Below are positions 1 through 13,166 of a stretch of DNA of 64,000 nt, one piece after another. This DNA is from Octopus sinensis (taxonomy: Eukaryota): the NCBI RefSeq assembly GCF_006345805.1, contig NC_043008.1, positions 61,442,001-61,506,000 of the forward strand. The letters are read 5' to 3'. The notes under the pieces are model-generated. The model ran no database searches and had not been told where the DNA came from. It was given only the letters and a program-made list of their open reading frames with translations. The translations under genes were made by a program, and so were the position numbers. The number at the start of each line of letters is the position of its first letter. The stretch's first letter is position 1.

Positions 1-114
1 AAACACTAAAATAAAATCTTCATACGTTAAAAAGATATCATTAAATATTTAATTAAAATATAATATCATTTTATAATAAAAAAAAGTGATTAACAATAAA
101 TTCATTTGTAACAG

Positions 115-227
115 ATGTGCCGCCATTAATCTTTTGCTATGTTTAAGTGCAAACAAATCTGCTAAGTCTAAACAAAGTTTTATTGAAAAAATATTTACAA
201 AATATTATCATGCGTTCAGTTATGAAG
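115..227 (+). CDS. Possible small internal exon of a gene entering from the left
   Basis: ttgtaacag acceptor and GAAG|gtaaac donor flank an open frame (CAAINLLLCLSANKSAKSKQSFIEKIFTKYYHAFSYE) in non-repetitive DNA. No family recognised. Confidence 0.3.
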
Positions 228-941
228 GTAAACATAATTAATTATAATAATGGAAGAGTTACTTGGAAGAAACGCTTTCTCGGATGAAGAATATGGGCAC
301 TGATCCTAGAATATTCTTAACTATTGAACCCGGAAAATAACTGAACAAGCATCAAAAGAATAAAAATTGCAGGCACAGATTACTAGAGAATTGCGATTTA
401 TCTGAATATAATCTAATATATTTACTTAAAATTTTCTGTTTTATTTTCAGTATTATATTATAATTAAAAAAATTCTTTTTTCTTAAAACTACAAATATCC
501 TAAACCATACATATTGTGGTATGAAATTAAACTCACGTAGAATATACGCAATTCAAAAGAGTAAAATGATGGAAAAGAATTAACAAAGGAATTAATTTCT
601 TTAAAATTTGCATTATCAGATAACAAAGATAACAAAATATAAAGTATTTTCTTCTAATTTACACTTAGAAGTAAAAAACATAAAAGCTAATGACTAAATC
701 GAGTGCAAAATATAAAAATATATCTCTACCTTTCTTGTAAAAACGTATTGCTATTTACGTAATTTTTTAAAATATGTTAATTTCTAATATTAAATTTGTG
801 ATGTATAAATTAACAGGCAATTATCCTTTTAACTAAATTTGAAAGTAAATAGATTCTTCAGTATGTTAACGTTATGTAAAATATAAAAGGATATTTATTA
901 CTGTTTTCCTTTTTAAAAACTTTTATTTAATTCTTTTTCAG

Positions 942-958
942 AGAGGTTCATCCCATGA
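942..958 (+). CDS. Possible terminal coding exon
   Basis: Strong polypyrimidine acceptor ttctttttcag ending at 941. If spliced to 115-227 it reads ERFIP followed by TGA. Confidence 0.2.
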
Positions 959-1187
959 CGATATTCTGGCATTTTGTGTAGGCATTTAAAGTTATATTAT
1001 CATAGTTTTACTCAACAACAAAGTATAATTACAGCATAATTACATATAATTACAGTATAATTCAAGCATTGTTTAACAATATATTTATTTTTAACAGATG
1101 TACTGCTGTTAATATTTTGTTATATTTAAGTGAAAACAAAATTTCTGAGTTTGAACAAAATCTTAAATTTTTAAAAATATTTACAGA

Positions 1188-1350
1188 AGCGCAGGAGTGG
1201 CTGTGTGGTAAGTAGCTTCCATACCAACCACATGGTTTCGGTTTCAGTCCCACTGCCTAGTACCTAGGGCAAGTATCTTCTACTATAGCTTTGGGCCGAC
1301 CAAAGCCTTGTAAGCGGATTTGGTAGACGGAAACTGAAAGAAAACCGCCG

Positions 1351-1434
<84 letters not shown>

Positions 1435-1630
1435 ATGATTGTGTCTGTTTCTCAACATCACCTGACAACCGATATCGGTATGATTATGTCCTCGTAAATT
1501 TGATGTTCGGCAACAGAAATCGATAGAATAAGTACTACGCTTACAAAGAATAAGTACTGGCTTCGATCAGTTCGACGTGCTCCAGCATTGCCGCGATCAA
1601 ATGACTGAAACAAATAAAAGAAAGAAAAGT
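1188..1630 (+). mobile_element. tRNA-derived SINE, family A, near full length with internal (TA)n(TG)n
   Basis: Head gcgcaggagtggctgtgtggtaag...ggtttcagtccc (A/B-box-like), body gggcaagtatcttctactatagc, tail gctccagcattgccgc...aaatgactgaaacaaataaaag. Many related copies in the window. Confidence 0.85.
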
Positions 1631-1861
1631 ATAATGTCTTTTAAATTATGAAGCTAAATATAATCAATTAAAATAATAAAAGCGTTTCCTGGAATAAACG
1701 CTGACTGGAATAAAAAATGCGCCGCAGAATCGTAAAAATATCCTTAAGTACTATAGATCTATATTTAAGAGATGTGAATTTATGTATATTATTTACATAA
1801 TTTACATTTGACGGATATTTGTCCTCATCTTGTTTGTTGTTAACACAACAATTCGGTTGAT

Positions 1862-1879
1862 ATGATGAGGATGATGATG

Positions 1880-1926
<47 letters not shown>

Positions 1927-1927
1927 G

Positions 1928-1959
<32 letters not shown>

Positions 1960-1965
1960 GATAAC

Positions 1966-2006
<41 letters not shown>

Positions 2007-2087
2007 CGATAACAATAATAATAACAATAATAATAATAATAATAACGATACTAACAATAATAATAATAATAATAATAATATAATAAT

Positions 2088-2118
<31 letters not shown>

Positions 2119-2232
2119 TAATAATAATAATATAATAATAATGATGATAATAATAATAATATAATAATAATAATAATATATAATAATAATAATAATAATA
2201 ATAACAATAATAATAATAATGATAACGATAAC

Positions 2233-2325
<93 letters not shown>
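1862..2325. repeat. (AAT)n microsatellite
   Basis: Direct reading; imperfect AAT/AAC/GAT triplets. Confidence 0.95.
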
Positions 2326-2326
<1 letters not shown>

Positions 2327-2372
2327 TCGAGAAATACCTTGGAATGAGAACCCAGGTTCGAAATTTCCCCAA

Positions 2373-2418
2373 GACACCTGATGAAGGCTGGAGGGTATAT
2401 CAGCCGAAACGTTGTGTT
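2373..2418 (+). ncRNA. Minimal type I hammerhead ribozyme (C3-G8 core)
   Basis: GACAC-CTGATGA-A-GGCTG(10-nt loop)CAGCC-GAAAC-GTT-GTGTT: stem I, intact core, stem II and a palindromic minimal stem III (AACGTT). Confidence 0.75.
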
Positions 2419-2694
2419 CACAAAAAAAGAGATGAGGACAAATATCCGTCAAATTTAAATAATGTAATCGCTAAGTATTGAACTTTGAAAAGTATGGAAC
2501 AACCAATTAGAAAATGTAGAGTATTTGCTAGAAATAACGTCCTAACCTCGTTTAAATCATATATAAGTGCTTTAAAGATGCAAAGGAGAGAGTGGATGAT
2601 AATGTTGCCCATATAACACGATGGGAAAGATGGGATAACCATAAAGGGAACTACTTTTATCTATGATGTGTCCGATGGAACCTCGCCAAGTGTT

Positions 2695-3062
2695 ATATTA
2701 TCATCGTTGTCATCATCGTGAAACTCGTCAAGATCATTATCATTGTCGTCGTCGTCGTTATTGCCCTTATCATCGTCGTCGACAACATCATTGTTGTCGT
2801 CGTCGCATCTCGTCATCAGGATTGTTATCGTCGTCATCAACACCGCCATCATCGTTATCATTCCACCACAGTCATAATAATCATCAATAGCACCAACTCA
2901 CGGTCATCACCTTAACCCCCACCAATAACAACAACAATTTAATCTTCATCATCATCATAATCATCATCATCATCACCATCATCATCGTCATCATCACCAT
3001 CATCATCGTCATCATCACCATCATCATCGTCATAATCATCATCATAATCATCATCGACATTG

Positions 3063-3108
<46 letters not shown>

Positions 3109-3307
3109 GGTCATCATCATCGTCGTCGTCAGCATCAATACTATCAAGTTCAATGATATCGTCATAGCAGCTGTCGTGGAAGGTATTTCTAGCAATTAGT
3201 ATAAGAACAGCATCATCATCAACAGCAGCACTTAGCAAGAACAACAACAACAACTATAGTAATAATCTCTTAGAGCAGCAACAACAGAAACCATTAAGAA
3301 CGTAGCT

Positions 3308-3360
<53 letters not shown>

Positions 3361-5082
3361 TGTCATCATCGTCATCATGATCATTATGATGATCATCATC
3401 ATGTTAATCATGATCCTCCTCCTCCTCCTCCTCATCATCATCATCATCATGAACATCATCATCATCATCATCATCATCAACAACAACATCATCACCATCA
3501 TCATCATCATCAACAACATCATCATCATCATCACCATCATCAACATCACCGCCTCCTTTTCTATTTCTCCATGTTCTTTATTGCCGAATGCAGTAATTGC
3601 TGCATAACCACCACCACCACCACCACCACCACCACCACCACCATCACCACCATTACTACTACCACCACAACCGCCGCCGCCGTCGCCGTCACCTCCACCA
3701 CCGCCACAACCACCCCAACCGCTACCACCTCCACGTCAGCAACAACACTAACGCCACAAAATTTCTGCAAACAAGAACGTGCAAGTGGAAGAGAATGATA
3801 GTTGTATTATATTTTCTTAGTATTATATTTAGCAAACATTTTTATTTTTGTGTGTGCGTATGTATACGTGTCTTTGCGTTTGTCTTTTCGTGTGTCTGTG
3901 TGTGTATACGTTTTTCCCATGTGTATATGTATCCGTGTGTCTGTGTATTCGTGAGTCTGTGTGTGTGTATCTGTGTGAGAGTTTAAGTGCGTGCGTTGCT
4001 TAGCGCTCGCTGCTCGGTGCTTGACATTAATTTTGTAAAAGTTCAAGGAAACTACATTTGAAAATTAACAGACGAAAACGAAAGAGAAAATATTAAAAGG
4101 AAAAAAAAAAATAATAATCAAGTAAGAAATATATGAATCAAACCAAATGCGAAATATAATGATTTCATATTCTGAAACATGTAACGATGTTAGACATATT
4201 GCTCCTGTTTCGCATACACGCCACACTTCATACTCGTCGTCGCCGTCGTCATCACCATCATCATCATCATCATCATCATCATCGTCGTTATCATCATTAT
4301 CATCATCATCATCGTTATCATCATCCTCATCATCATCACCATCACCATCATCATCATCATCATCGTCATCTTTATCATCATCGTTGTCACCATCATCATT
4401 ATCATCATCACTATCATCATCATCAGCAGCAGCAGCATCATCATCACTTCGTTATAATCAGCGTTGTCAGGATCAATCTCATTTCCATTTTCATCCTCCT
4501 CTTCATTATTTGTCATCATCATCATCATCATCATTTTCATTATAATAATCACCGTTGTCGTCGTCAAGATCATCATCATCATCATTGTTATTATCGCCAT
4601 CATCATCATCATCACCATCACTTCGTCATAATCAGCATTGTCAGGATTAATCTCAATTTCATTCTCCTCTTCCTCCTCCTCCTCCTCCTCATCATCATCA
4701 TTCTCCTCATAGGCATATTCCCATATTCCTCCCCTTCCCTCATCACCTTATTTATTTTCGTTCATTATCAACTGTCCCATCAACACTACCACCACTACAC
4801 TATTACCGTCCAAAACCTCAGTCACTAATACTACCATCACCACAATCTTTCTCCTCCCCATCATCATCATCATCATCATCATCATCACCATCATCGTCGT
4901 CATCATCATCACCACCACCACCATCTTCATCATCATCATCATCATCGTCATCAACGTTGTCATCATCATCATCATCATCATCGTCACAACCACCATCATC
5001 ATCATCATCATCGTCATCAACATCATCATCATCGTCGTCATCATCATCATCATCATCCCCACCACCATCTTCATCAACGTCG

Positions 5083-5114
<32 letters not shown>

Positions 5115-5175
5115 GTCATCATCATCATCATCATCACCACCACCATCTTCATCATCATCGTCATCATCATCATTA
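2695..5175. repeat. Field of trinucleotide repeats (ATC/GTC/ACC/CTC)n
   Basis: Direct reading; source of the poly-D/M/H/S/I pseudo-ORFs. Confidence 0.95.
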
Positions 5176-5857
5176 CCATTATGAGTGGCAATATTCACAG
5201 TGTATATCGCTCATGTCGATTGAAGACGACAGGTTTACATTGATTAGTGGAACGAGATGTTCGAGCAAGTTAGGTTTAAGTGATACAGCGACCTGTAACG
5301 TAAAAAACAAAACAAAACAAAACAAAAACAAAAAAATACAGGACTTTAAATGCGAGAGAATACCAGCTATCGAATGTCAAATTTAAAAACGGTTGGAAGA
5401 GAAGAGTGAAGACTTTAATATCACAAACATCGCAATTTGTAAAGTGATGTTTTATGAGTTTCTTCCCTGTCACAAAATGGAATTTGAAGAACGGTGGGGG
5501 GGGGGGAAATAATGTAAAACGAATCGCAAATATATTAAAATAATGCTAAAACAAAACTACCGTAACAGCATATATTGATTAATTGAATTGCGAACGCAGC
5601 ATTAAGCAATTGTTGTTATATTTTGTTTATTTTACATCGATGTTGTTTTGATCTTGTTTCTGTTATAGTTGTTGTTGTTATAATGGTAATTATGCTCACT
5701 TCTAATTTGGAGGCTGTGTCAGCAATTTTGAAAAGGAGAGCCGAGTCGATTACAACGTACCAGTGTTTCACATGTACTACATTTGATGCATTCCATTGGA
5801 ATGAGTAACATAGGGGAGCTCAGCGAAATTTGAACGCGTAACATAAAACGTCATTTT

Positions 5858-6082
5858 ATGTGTGTGTCTGTGTCTACGTTTGTCCCCCTCCACCGTTGGA
5901 AATCGGTGTTGGTGTCTTTATGTCCTCGTCATTTAGCTGATAGGCAAGGTAGACCAATGGAATAAGTATCAGACTTCAAAAAAAAAAATAATAAGTGTTG
6001 TATTCGAGTAGTTCGACTAAAAGTTCATCAAGACTGTGCCCTAGCATGGCTGCAGTTTAATGATTGAAACAAGTAAAAAATA
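5858..6082 (+). mobile_element. SINE family A, 3' half, diverged
   Basis: tttgtccccc...ggtgttggtgt...gaataagta...agcatggctgcagtttaatgattgaaacaagtaaaa matches the 3' half of other copies. Confidence 0.7.
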
Positions 6083-8429
6083 TCTAAATGTAGGTGGTCC
6101 AGTTATCATAGTCTACCAGTTATGATAACTGTTAGTGTCACAGCGGCAATTATTTGGCGATAATGAGAGAAGTCTTTATATTCAAACACGTTAATTGATT
6201 GGCATTTTTATATTATGAATACCAAAAGGAAAAGAAACAAATTTCGCTTCGGCACGATTTGAACTCAAATTATAAAAAAGCCATTTCTCTAATGCGTCAA
6301 CAATACTGCTCACCGTTCTTCTTATTATTTCCAACTTGTTCCCAAGTTTAGCCATTCTGAGGGGAAGTGGTTAGTCGCTAAATTCGACTACAGTATTTGA
6401 CAGATGCTTTATTTTATCGAGTCAGTTATACGCTAACGCAGTCAAGGATCTTACATAGCATTTGTAAACTTTGAAGTATACACCAGCTACTCTATAGTAG
6501 CTGGTCCACCATTTGATATAGTTTCTGTTTATAGGTTAAATCAAATGGTTTCCTATCGGATACGTCAAGATTCCAACCGCCGATGAACTGCTTAGTCAGA
6601 GAACAGTTTTCATTAGGCAGAACTATGTTCAAAGGATTCCATGAATAAATAAATTTCCAACAGCGGGGTCTGATTTGTTCAATGCAGCATTTCCTTTCCA
6701 ACAAGGGAATAATACGTCTGGATTAGGCTGCTATCTGTAGCTCTTTGATTGAGCACCCTGTATGCCCTTCGTAAGGTAATTTTAGAGAAATATGCTGTTT
6801 AAATTATGTTAGCTTTGTTCTTACATGGCCAAAAAGTAGTCGCAGAATCGATATATTTCTATGGTTTCGTAAGAGGAAAACAAAATAATCATTTTTCAAA
6901 GAATATGGTTCTTCCACGAAATATTCACAAGCCTATTAAATGAGAAGGGAGAAAAAAAGAAACAAGTTAATTCCCCTGCTATTATATAAGTATAGTACTT
7001 ATATCTAGTATGTTAACTGTTCGTTCCACTATAGTATACTAATATTTACTTACATCACGCAACTATCAAATATTCTCACAGTCCCTGTAAAACCACCAAA
7101 AACCTACACTACACCTGTGAACGAAAACTCACAATCGTACACACCAACACGTTAAACAATATACACATACACTTACACTACAAATTATCGACGTCGACAC
7201 ATCCACACATATCTATATTTATACAAACACACACAGGTGGCAGGCTTACAGTTCTTCCGCCTCTGTTTCCGTTCCCCCATTTTCCCATCCTTTTCTCTCC
7301 GTGCTGTTCTTTTTTTCTCAGAAGAAGAGTGAATGCTCGAAACTTTAAAGACATTTCATACCTTTACCTCTACATCATCTCTTTCAAACTAATAACGTGT
7401 AAGCTAATATACTCGCTTTGTGTCATTAACGTCTTTGTGTAGTATTGTTTACATCATATATGAGTTAATATGCTTCTGTGTGTATGTATGTATGTAATTA
7501 TGTATGTATATATACACATATATTCATATATATATACGTATATTCATATATATGTAACTATCCATAATAGTTGCGTGTAAATATAAGACTGCTTCAGATG
7601 TAATAAAAAACGCTCTTATAAGAATTATCCTAGAAATTTTCTTATAATCTTGGACTATAGATTGTTTCGAAGAAAAGAAGTCATGTAACTACCTGATATT
7701 TGTATTTTCACTAATCCGTAAATGATAAAAATGAATGCTATTTTTATTTCGTTAGTATTGTTATCACAAATGAAAGCGTGTCTGACACATCCTAGAGTAC
7801 AGTTTGAAAACGGATAGTGATATCCTTCACAACAAATACATAAACATTTGTATGCACATATATGTATGTGCACATACATACAACATGAAGGCAAGGAAAA
7901 CAAAATGTAAACGACGCGGTGAGGAGAAAGTATAACAAACGTTTGTTTAATCTCTAAAAGAAAGAAGAAAGGGAATGTATCAAAAGATTTCGGAAGTTAC
8001 GTTTTCATCAGAAGCAAGATAGAAAAGAAACAGAAAGAGAAAGAATGGAAAATGCCAAAAAAGCGAATGCAGAAGAAAAATTCGAAAGTGTTACTGGCCA
8101 GGTGGGAATATATTTCTCTCAGTGGGAGTTAAGAAGCGAGGATGTGGCAGGTGGTGTGTGTACTTATAGGAAGGTATCTGCGTATAGAAACAAATATAAG
8201 TTTAAGTATGTGCGTATTTTTACAATGCATTTGATTTCTTAGGGTGTGCGCAAGAGTGTGAAAGATTGCAGGTACAGAAGTATAGTTACGTGGATAGTGA
8301 GTATGGCAGGATTGTACGTGACAGGAAGGTGTGAAGAGGAGGTGGCGAGCGAGAGGTTGAAAGCAAGGGAAATATGGCATTTTACAAATATCAGGGATGA
8401 TATAGCGTGTGTGTGCATTATATATATAT

Positions 8430-8483
<54 letters not shown>

Positions 8484-9201
8484 CATCTGACCCTCTCCCC
8501 ACAAATTTCAGGCATTGTGCCTATAGTAGAAAGGATTATATATATAAATAAATAAATAAATATATATATATATATGTTTGTGTGTATACACATATACATC
8601 TCTCCCTCTCTCTCTCTCTCTCTTTCTCTCTTTATATATATATGTATATACATAATAGCAGATGCACTCATCCTTTAGTCAGGTGGACGTTTTAATTTGA
8701 ATTAGCCCACATTTAGAAGTCATTTCACGTTGATAAGCATAAAATGTATAATTAACATTGTCGTTAGCAGTTTGTGATATGATATTAAGAAACTTAGGTA
8801 ATGAAGAAATTTTTTTAACACAAATTTGGCAGTTAGTAATAAATGAAAGTCTATGAAATGAGATCGCAATTTCAGTAGGCATTAGGGATCCTATATCTTA
8901 CTATAATTGTTTTGTATCATGTACTTATTTTTCTCCTAATGCCTGGCACAACTACATTGAAGCCTTTTTTCTACGAAATTCGTATGTGATAATGAAAAGC
9001 AAACATGCAAATAGAGTAATGGCGTATAAAAAATGAATGTCAGAGCATGCTTATCCACGCACAGCGTGCGAGAAATTGAAGGTAATGTCCTGTTAACAGC
9101 AATCAGGGAAATGAAACAGAATATCAATGATATGTTTGCAGGAATCTGTTTGCTAACGTCTACAGGTTGGCGTAGATGTGAAGAATGCAGTAGAGGAATA
9201 A

Positions 9202-10290
9202 CTACTGCAGGGCTGCTTTGAAGACAGTTTTTGTTTTAACTTCAGGAACATACTTGAATAAGTTGTCTCGATGGCCAACTCTAGAACAACCAACGTAGAA
9301 CCGTCCATGTATCAGCGGCTGACTTGTACTTTGTTAATTGTCACGGCGAAGCTGTGTTTCAGAGGAACTTGCAGTCTCTGCATAGAGTAGGGACGGTTAG
9401 AGAAATGAACACGGTATCGTTTTTGCCGTGTTCCTTGATGATTTGGGCTTCCATGACGTGGTCCCTCATTTGTTTGACCACAAAGCGAGTTCCATTGCAC
9501 AGTGTAGGTGTTTAAATTGTGTAGGAGGATGACAGGGCAACCGACTTTTGAGTGAAGATTATGGAGAGGGTGTCCTGGAGGAGCTTGGGATTTGAGAAAT
9601 TCTGTTGGAAACTGTGTAACCTGGTCGAGGTCGGTAACGATGTCAACTGATCTTTAACAACGTTGTTGAGAAAGTAACTGAGAGAGTAAGTCGTAGTTAA
9701 GTGCCCAATCGTTGACCTCGAATTGTATAACCAAGTCTTCCAAGAGAAGAAGCTCTCCGATGTAAATGGCTGGGATAGTGGGACTGTCAACGCTACGAGT
9801 GATTTGGTGAGTCTGCAGCAAGATGCAATAACACATTGAGTCTTTGTATTTATTCCTGTCTGTCATTATTGCGAAAGGTTGTCGGAGCTTGTGCGGCGAA
9901 GACACAGAGAGGCCTATGCAAGTGCATTATCATATTGAGAATTCGGAGTTCAGGGGTGAACTGTATAGACGCGTCCGATTGTGTCGCCTTTGTACACGGC
10001 TGAATTCAAATGCGTATGCCGGCCTTCATTTCGTCGTTGAATTCTACATTGATGTGTGCATGAAATGATTTGCAGAGCATCTTGTTGTTGGGTACGACTA
10101 ACCTATTATCAACCAAAAAGTCCAGGCTATGACAATGTTTGATGATCATTGTGTAAGGGAGAATTCAATTTCTGACTTTTACTTCGCAAAGTACTGACCT
10201 TCTGACGCTAGAAGTCCAATTACTCCATGTTACCCCATAAGGGAAACTCTAAATAGTGCAGAGCAATCTGGGGAACATAAGTGATGTTGG
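9202..10290 (-). pseudogene. Helitron Rep/helicase remnant, internally deleted and frameshifted
   Basis: Minus-strand peptides VDNRLVVPNNKMLCKSFHAHINVEF (Rep domain), QFPTEFLKSQAPPGHPLHNLHSKVGCPVILL, LCNGTRFVVKQM, QRLQVPLKHSFAVTINKVQ and HGRFYVGCSRVG...KAALQ* match PIF1-type Helitron helicase motifs. Confidence 0.85.
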
Positions 10291-10841
10291 AAAAAATTGA
10301 AAATCGAATACCGAATACCTAATATGCTTTCATTAAAGCCGAAAAAAGTTCATCGTAATACAAAATAAATAAATAAAATATAAATTATAATACAGGAAAA
10401 ATATCTGCGTAGTTTATATAGCAAGTACGATGTCCAGAGAAAATGGCAACTGATAAAAGTAGGCGGAAGTGGTGGGAATGCAGAAACAATTTATGTATAA
10501 ACACTGCAGAAAATAGCGTAGGTTACACATAGAAGAATGTAAAGAGGCACAGGTGAAAAGACTTTGAATTTGCAAAGGAAACTGCAAACTGTTGCGAGTA
10601 AATGCTGAAGAATAAAACAGGCTGGTAGCACAAGACAGCAGGTGTAGACAATTAAATAGACAAAAGTATGTTATTTAAAAAAAATTCGTTATTTTTTCAT
10701 AATAGTTTAGTGTATTTGTACAGTACATTAGATTCATAAGACGTTGAATAGATAAAATACAGAGAAAATTCCGCAAGTTCAATAAATTATGGAGAAAGAG
10801 TCGGAAAATTAAAGAGGAACTAGTATTGTGAAAGAACGTCT

Positions 10842-10863
10842 ATTATTATTATTATTATTATTA

Positions 10864-10928
<65 letters not shown>

Positions 10929-10966
10929 CATTATTATTATTATTATTATTATCATCATTATCATTT

Positions 10967-11005
<39 letters not shown>

Positions 11006-11022
11006 GTAGTAGTAGTAGTAGT

Positions 11023-11062
<40 letters not shown>
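10842..11062. repeat. Compound (ATT)n(AGT)n(AG)n microsatellite
   Basis: Direct reading. Confidence 0.95.
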
Positions 11063-11068
<6 letters not shown>

Positions 11069-11694
11069 AAGTAAAACCAGAGCTGATAATAGCGGAGAGT
11101 AAGAAGTATGTACTTGATTGTATTAAATTATGTTAACGCCTATGCTTGCGTGTTCTCGAGCAAGGTGTAACTTATTCAGTGTTATCGCAGTTTGATAACA
11201 CATCGAAATAGGTATCTATATCTATAGAAGTACTTATACAAATTACAAATTTTTCCATCGTCTTGGCTTAACAACCCTCATCGTTTGTTTTTTACTGTTT
11301 TGTTCTTACTGTCCTGTTCTTATTACCACTGTTACCCTCCGCAAATAATCCCAAAATTTATTTAATTTGCTTTGCGGGAAGGATTGTTTCAACAAAGTCG
11401 CGTCTTGTCCTTACCTTCGAATGCAGAGTAGTTGAAACAGGGACAACTGATGAAGGGGAATATTCCTTGAGTTGCATGTCTTGCTCGCTTACAGTTGTTT
11501 GAAAAAATTTCGTTTCTATGTTTTTGTTTTTATGTTTTCGTTTCGCATAGTGTTCAATGATTTTTGATGTCCTGTAGCCATATATGCATGTATATATACA
11601 TACATACATATGTAGGTATGTACATATATGTATGTATATATGCTTATATTTATATATTATTTATATTATTATATATATATATGTATATATATAT

Positions 11695-12172
11695 TTATAA
11701 TAAAATGAGAAAATAAAAAGGTAATTGATAAATTATTATACATATATGTTTATGTCAAATATAATGAGTCCACAACGCCAAGGCAGTGTGAAATTTCCAA
11801 GACATTTATAAAGAAAGAGGTTGTCATATAGCTGTTTCAGAGATATAAAGGATATCCCATCAATAGAGACGATAGGAGAGAGTTAAATAATGGAAATATT
11901 AGAGTTCAATATAAGAAATTATTATGGAAAGGGAGAGATATAGGAAGTATAAAGGAAAATATGAGAATAAAAATGAAAATATATGTTAGACATTAGGGTA
12001 TTATGTATACTGAGGCCCTTGGTACATGTAACCGACGCTTCAAACTTTCCCACAGATCTAAATTCAACCTAAATCACAATACAGTACATATACTGAACAC
12101 CCGTTGGGTAATCTCCACCTTCAAATTTCTTAATTTAAACATTTTGAATTTTAATTTCTTCATTGTTTAATG

Positions 12173-12207
<35 letters not shown>

Positions 12208-12712
12208 TATATATATATATTATATATATATATATTATAATAAAATGAGAAAATAAAAAGGTAATTGATAAATTATTATACATATATGTTTATGTCAAAT
12301 ATAATGAGTCCACAACGCCAAGGCAGTGTGAAATTTCCAAGACATTTATAAAGAAAGAGGTTGTCATATAGCTGTTTCAGAGATATAAAGGATATCCCAT
12401 CAATAGAGACGATAGGAGAGAGTTAAATAATGGAAATATTAGAGTTCAATATAAGAAATTATTATGGAAAGGGAGAGATATAGGAAGTATAAAGGAAAAT
12501 ATGAGAATAAAAATGAAAATATATGTTAGACATTAGGGTATTATGTATACTGAGGCCCTTGGTACATGTAACCGACGCTTCAAACTTTCCCACAGATCTA
12601 AATTCAACCTAAATCACAATACAGTACATATACTGAACACCCGTTGGGTAATCTCCACCTTCAAATTTCTTAATTTAAACATTTTGAATTTTAATTTCTT
12701 CATTGTTTAATG
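11695..12712 (-). repeat. Tandem duplication with 540-bp period of a pseudo-LTR-like unit, copies separated by (TA)n
   Basis: 11695-12172 and 12235-12712 look identical by eye. Each has a decayed minus-strand HHR (GTCT-CTATTGA-TGGGATAT..ATATCTCT-GAAA-CAGCTA-TA-TGAC). Confidence 0.9.
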
Positions 12713-12796
<84 letters not shown>

Positions 12797-12873
12797 ATAT
12801 ATATATATCACAATTCTGCTAGGTGTAAATTACAACTTATTGTATTGTCTTTCTGATTTATATATATATCTTC

Positions 12874-12990
12874 CGCGTTCAGTCCCACTGCGTGGCTCCT
12901 TGGGCCATTGTCTTCTACTATACCGTCGGAACGACCAAAGAATTGTGATTGGATTTGGTAGACGAACACTGAAAGAAGCCCGTCGTATAT
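12874..12990 (+). mobile_element. SINE family A, 5' part
   Basis: gttcagtcccactgcgtgg...tggatttggtagacgaacactgaaagaagcccgtcgtata. Confidence 0.8.
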
Positions 12991-13001
12991 ATATATATAT
13001 A

Positions 13002-13037
<36 letters not shown>

Positions 13038-13075
13038 TGTGTGTGTGTGTGTGTGTGCGTGTGTGTGTGCGCGTG

Positions 13076-13123
<48 letters not shown>

Positions 13124-13166
13124 ATATATGAAAGAAGGTTTGAAAATGGAATTTTAAAGATTTTTA

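Larger units (their letters stand above)
1755..2467. mobile_element. Penelope pseudo-LTR-like element: inverted termini around an (AAT)n tract
   Basis: 1793-1863 is the reverse complement of 2397-2467 (about 70 bp, several mismatches). The right arm contains a hammerhead motif. Confidence 0.65.

Noticed and set aside
1668-5198. Long ORFs encoding poly-L/I/Y/D/M/H/S
   Set aside because: They are stop-free frames of trinucleotide repeats on both strands, with no splice or domain evidence.
6492-6704. 70-aa non-repetitive minus-strand ORF
   Set aside because: No recognisable motif, an upstream in-frame stop and no convincing splice context.
11447-11480. CTGATGA followed by a short hairpin
   Set aside because: No GAAA core strand follows.
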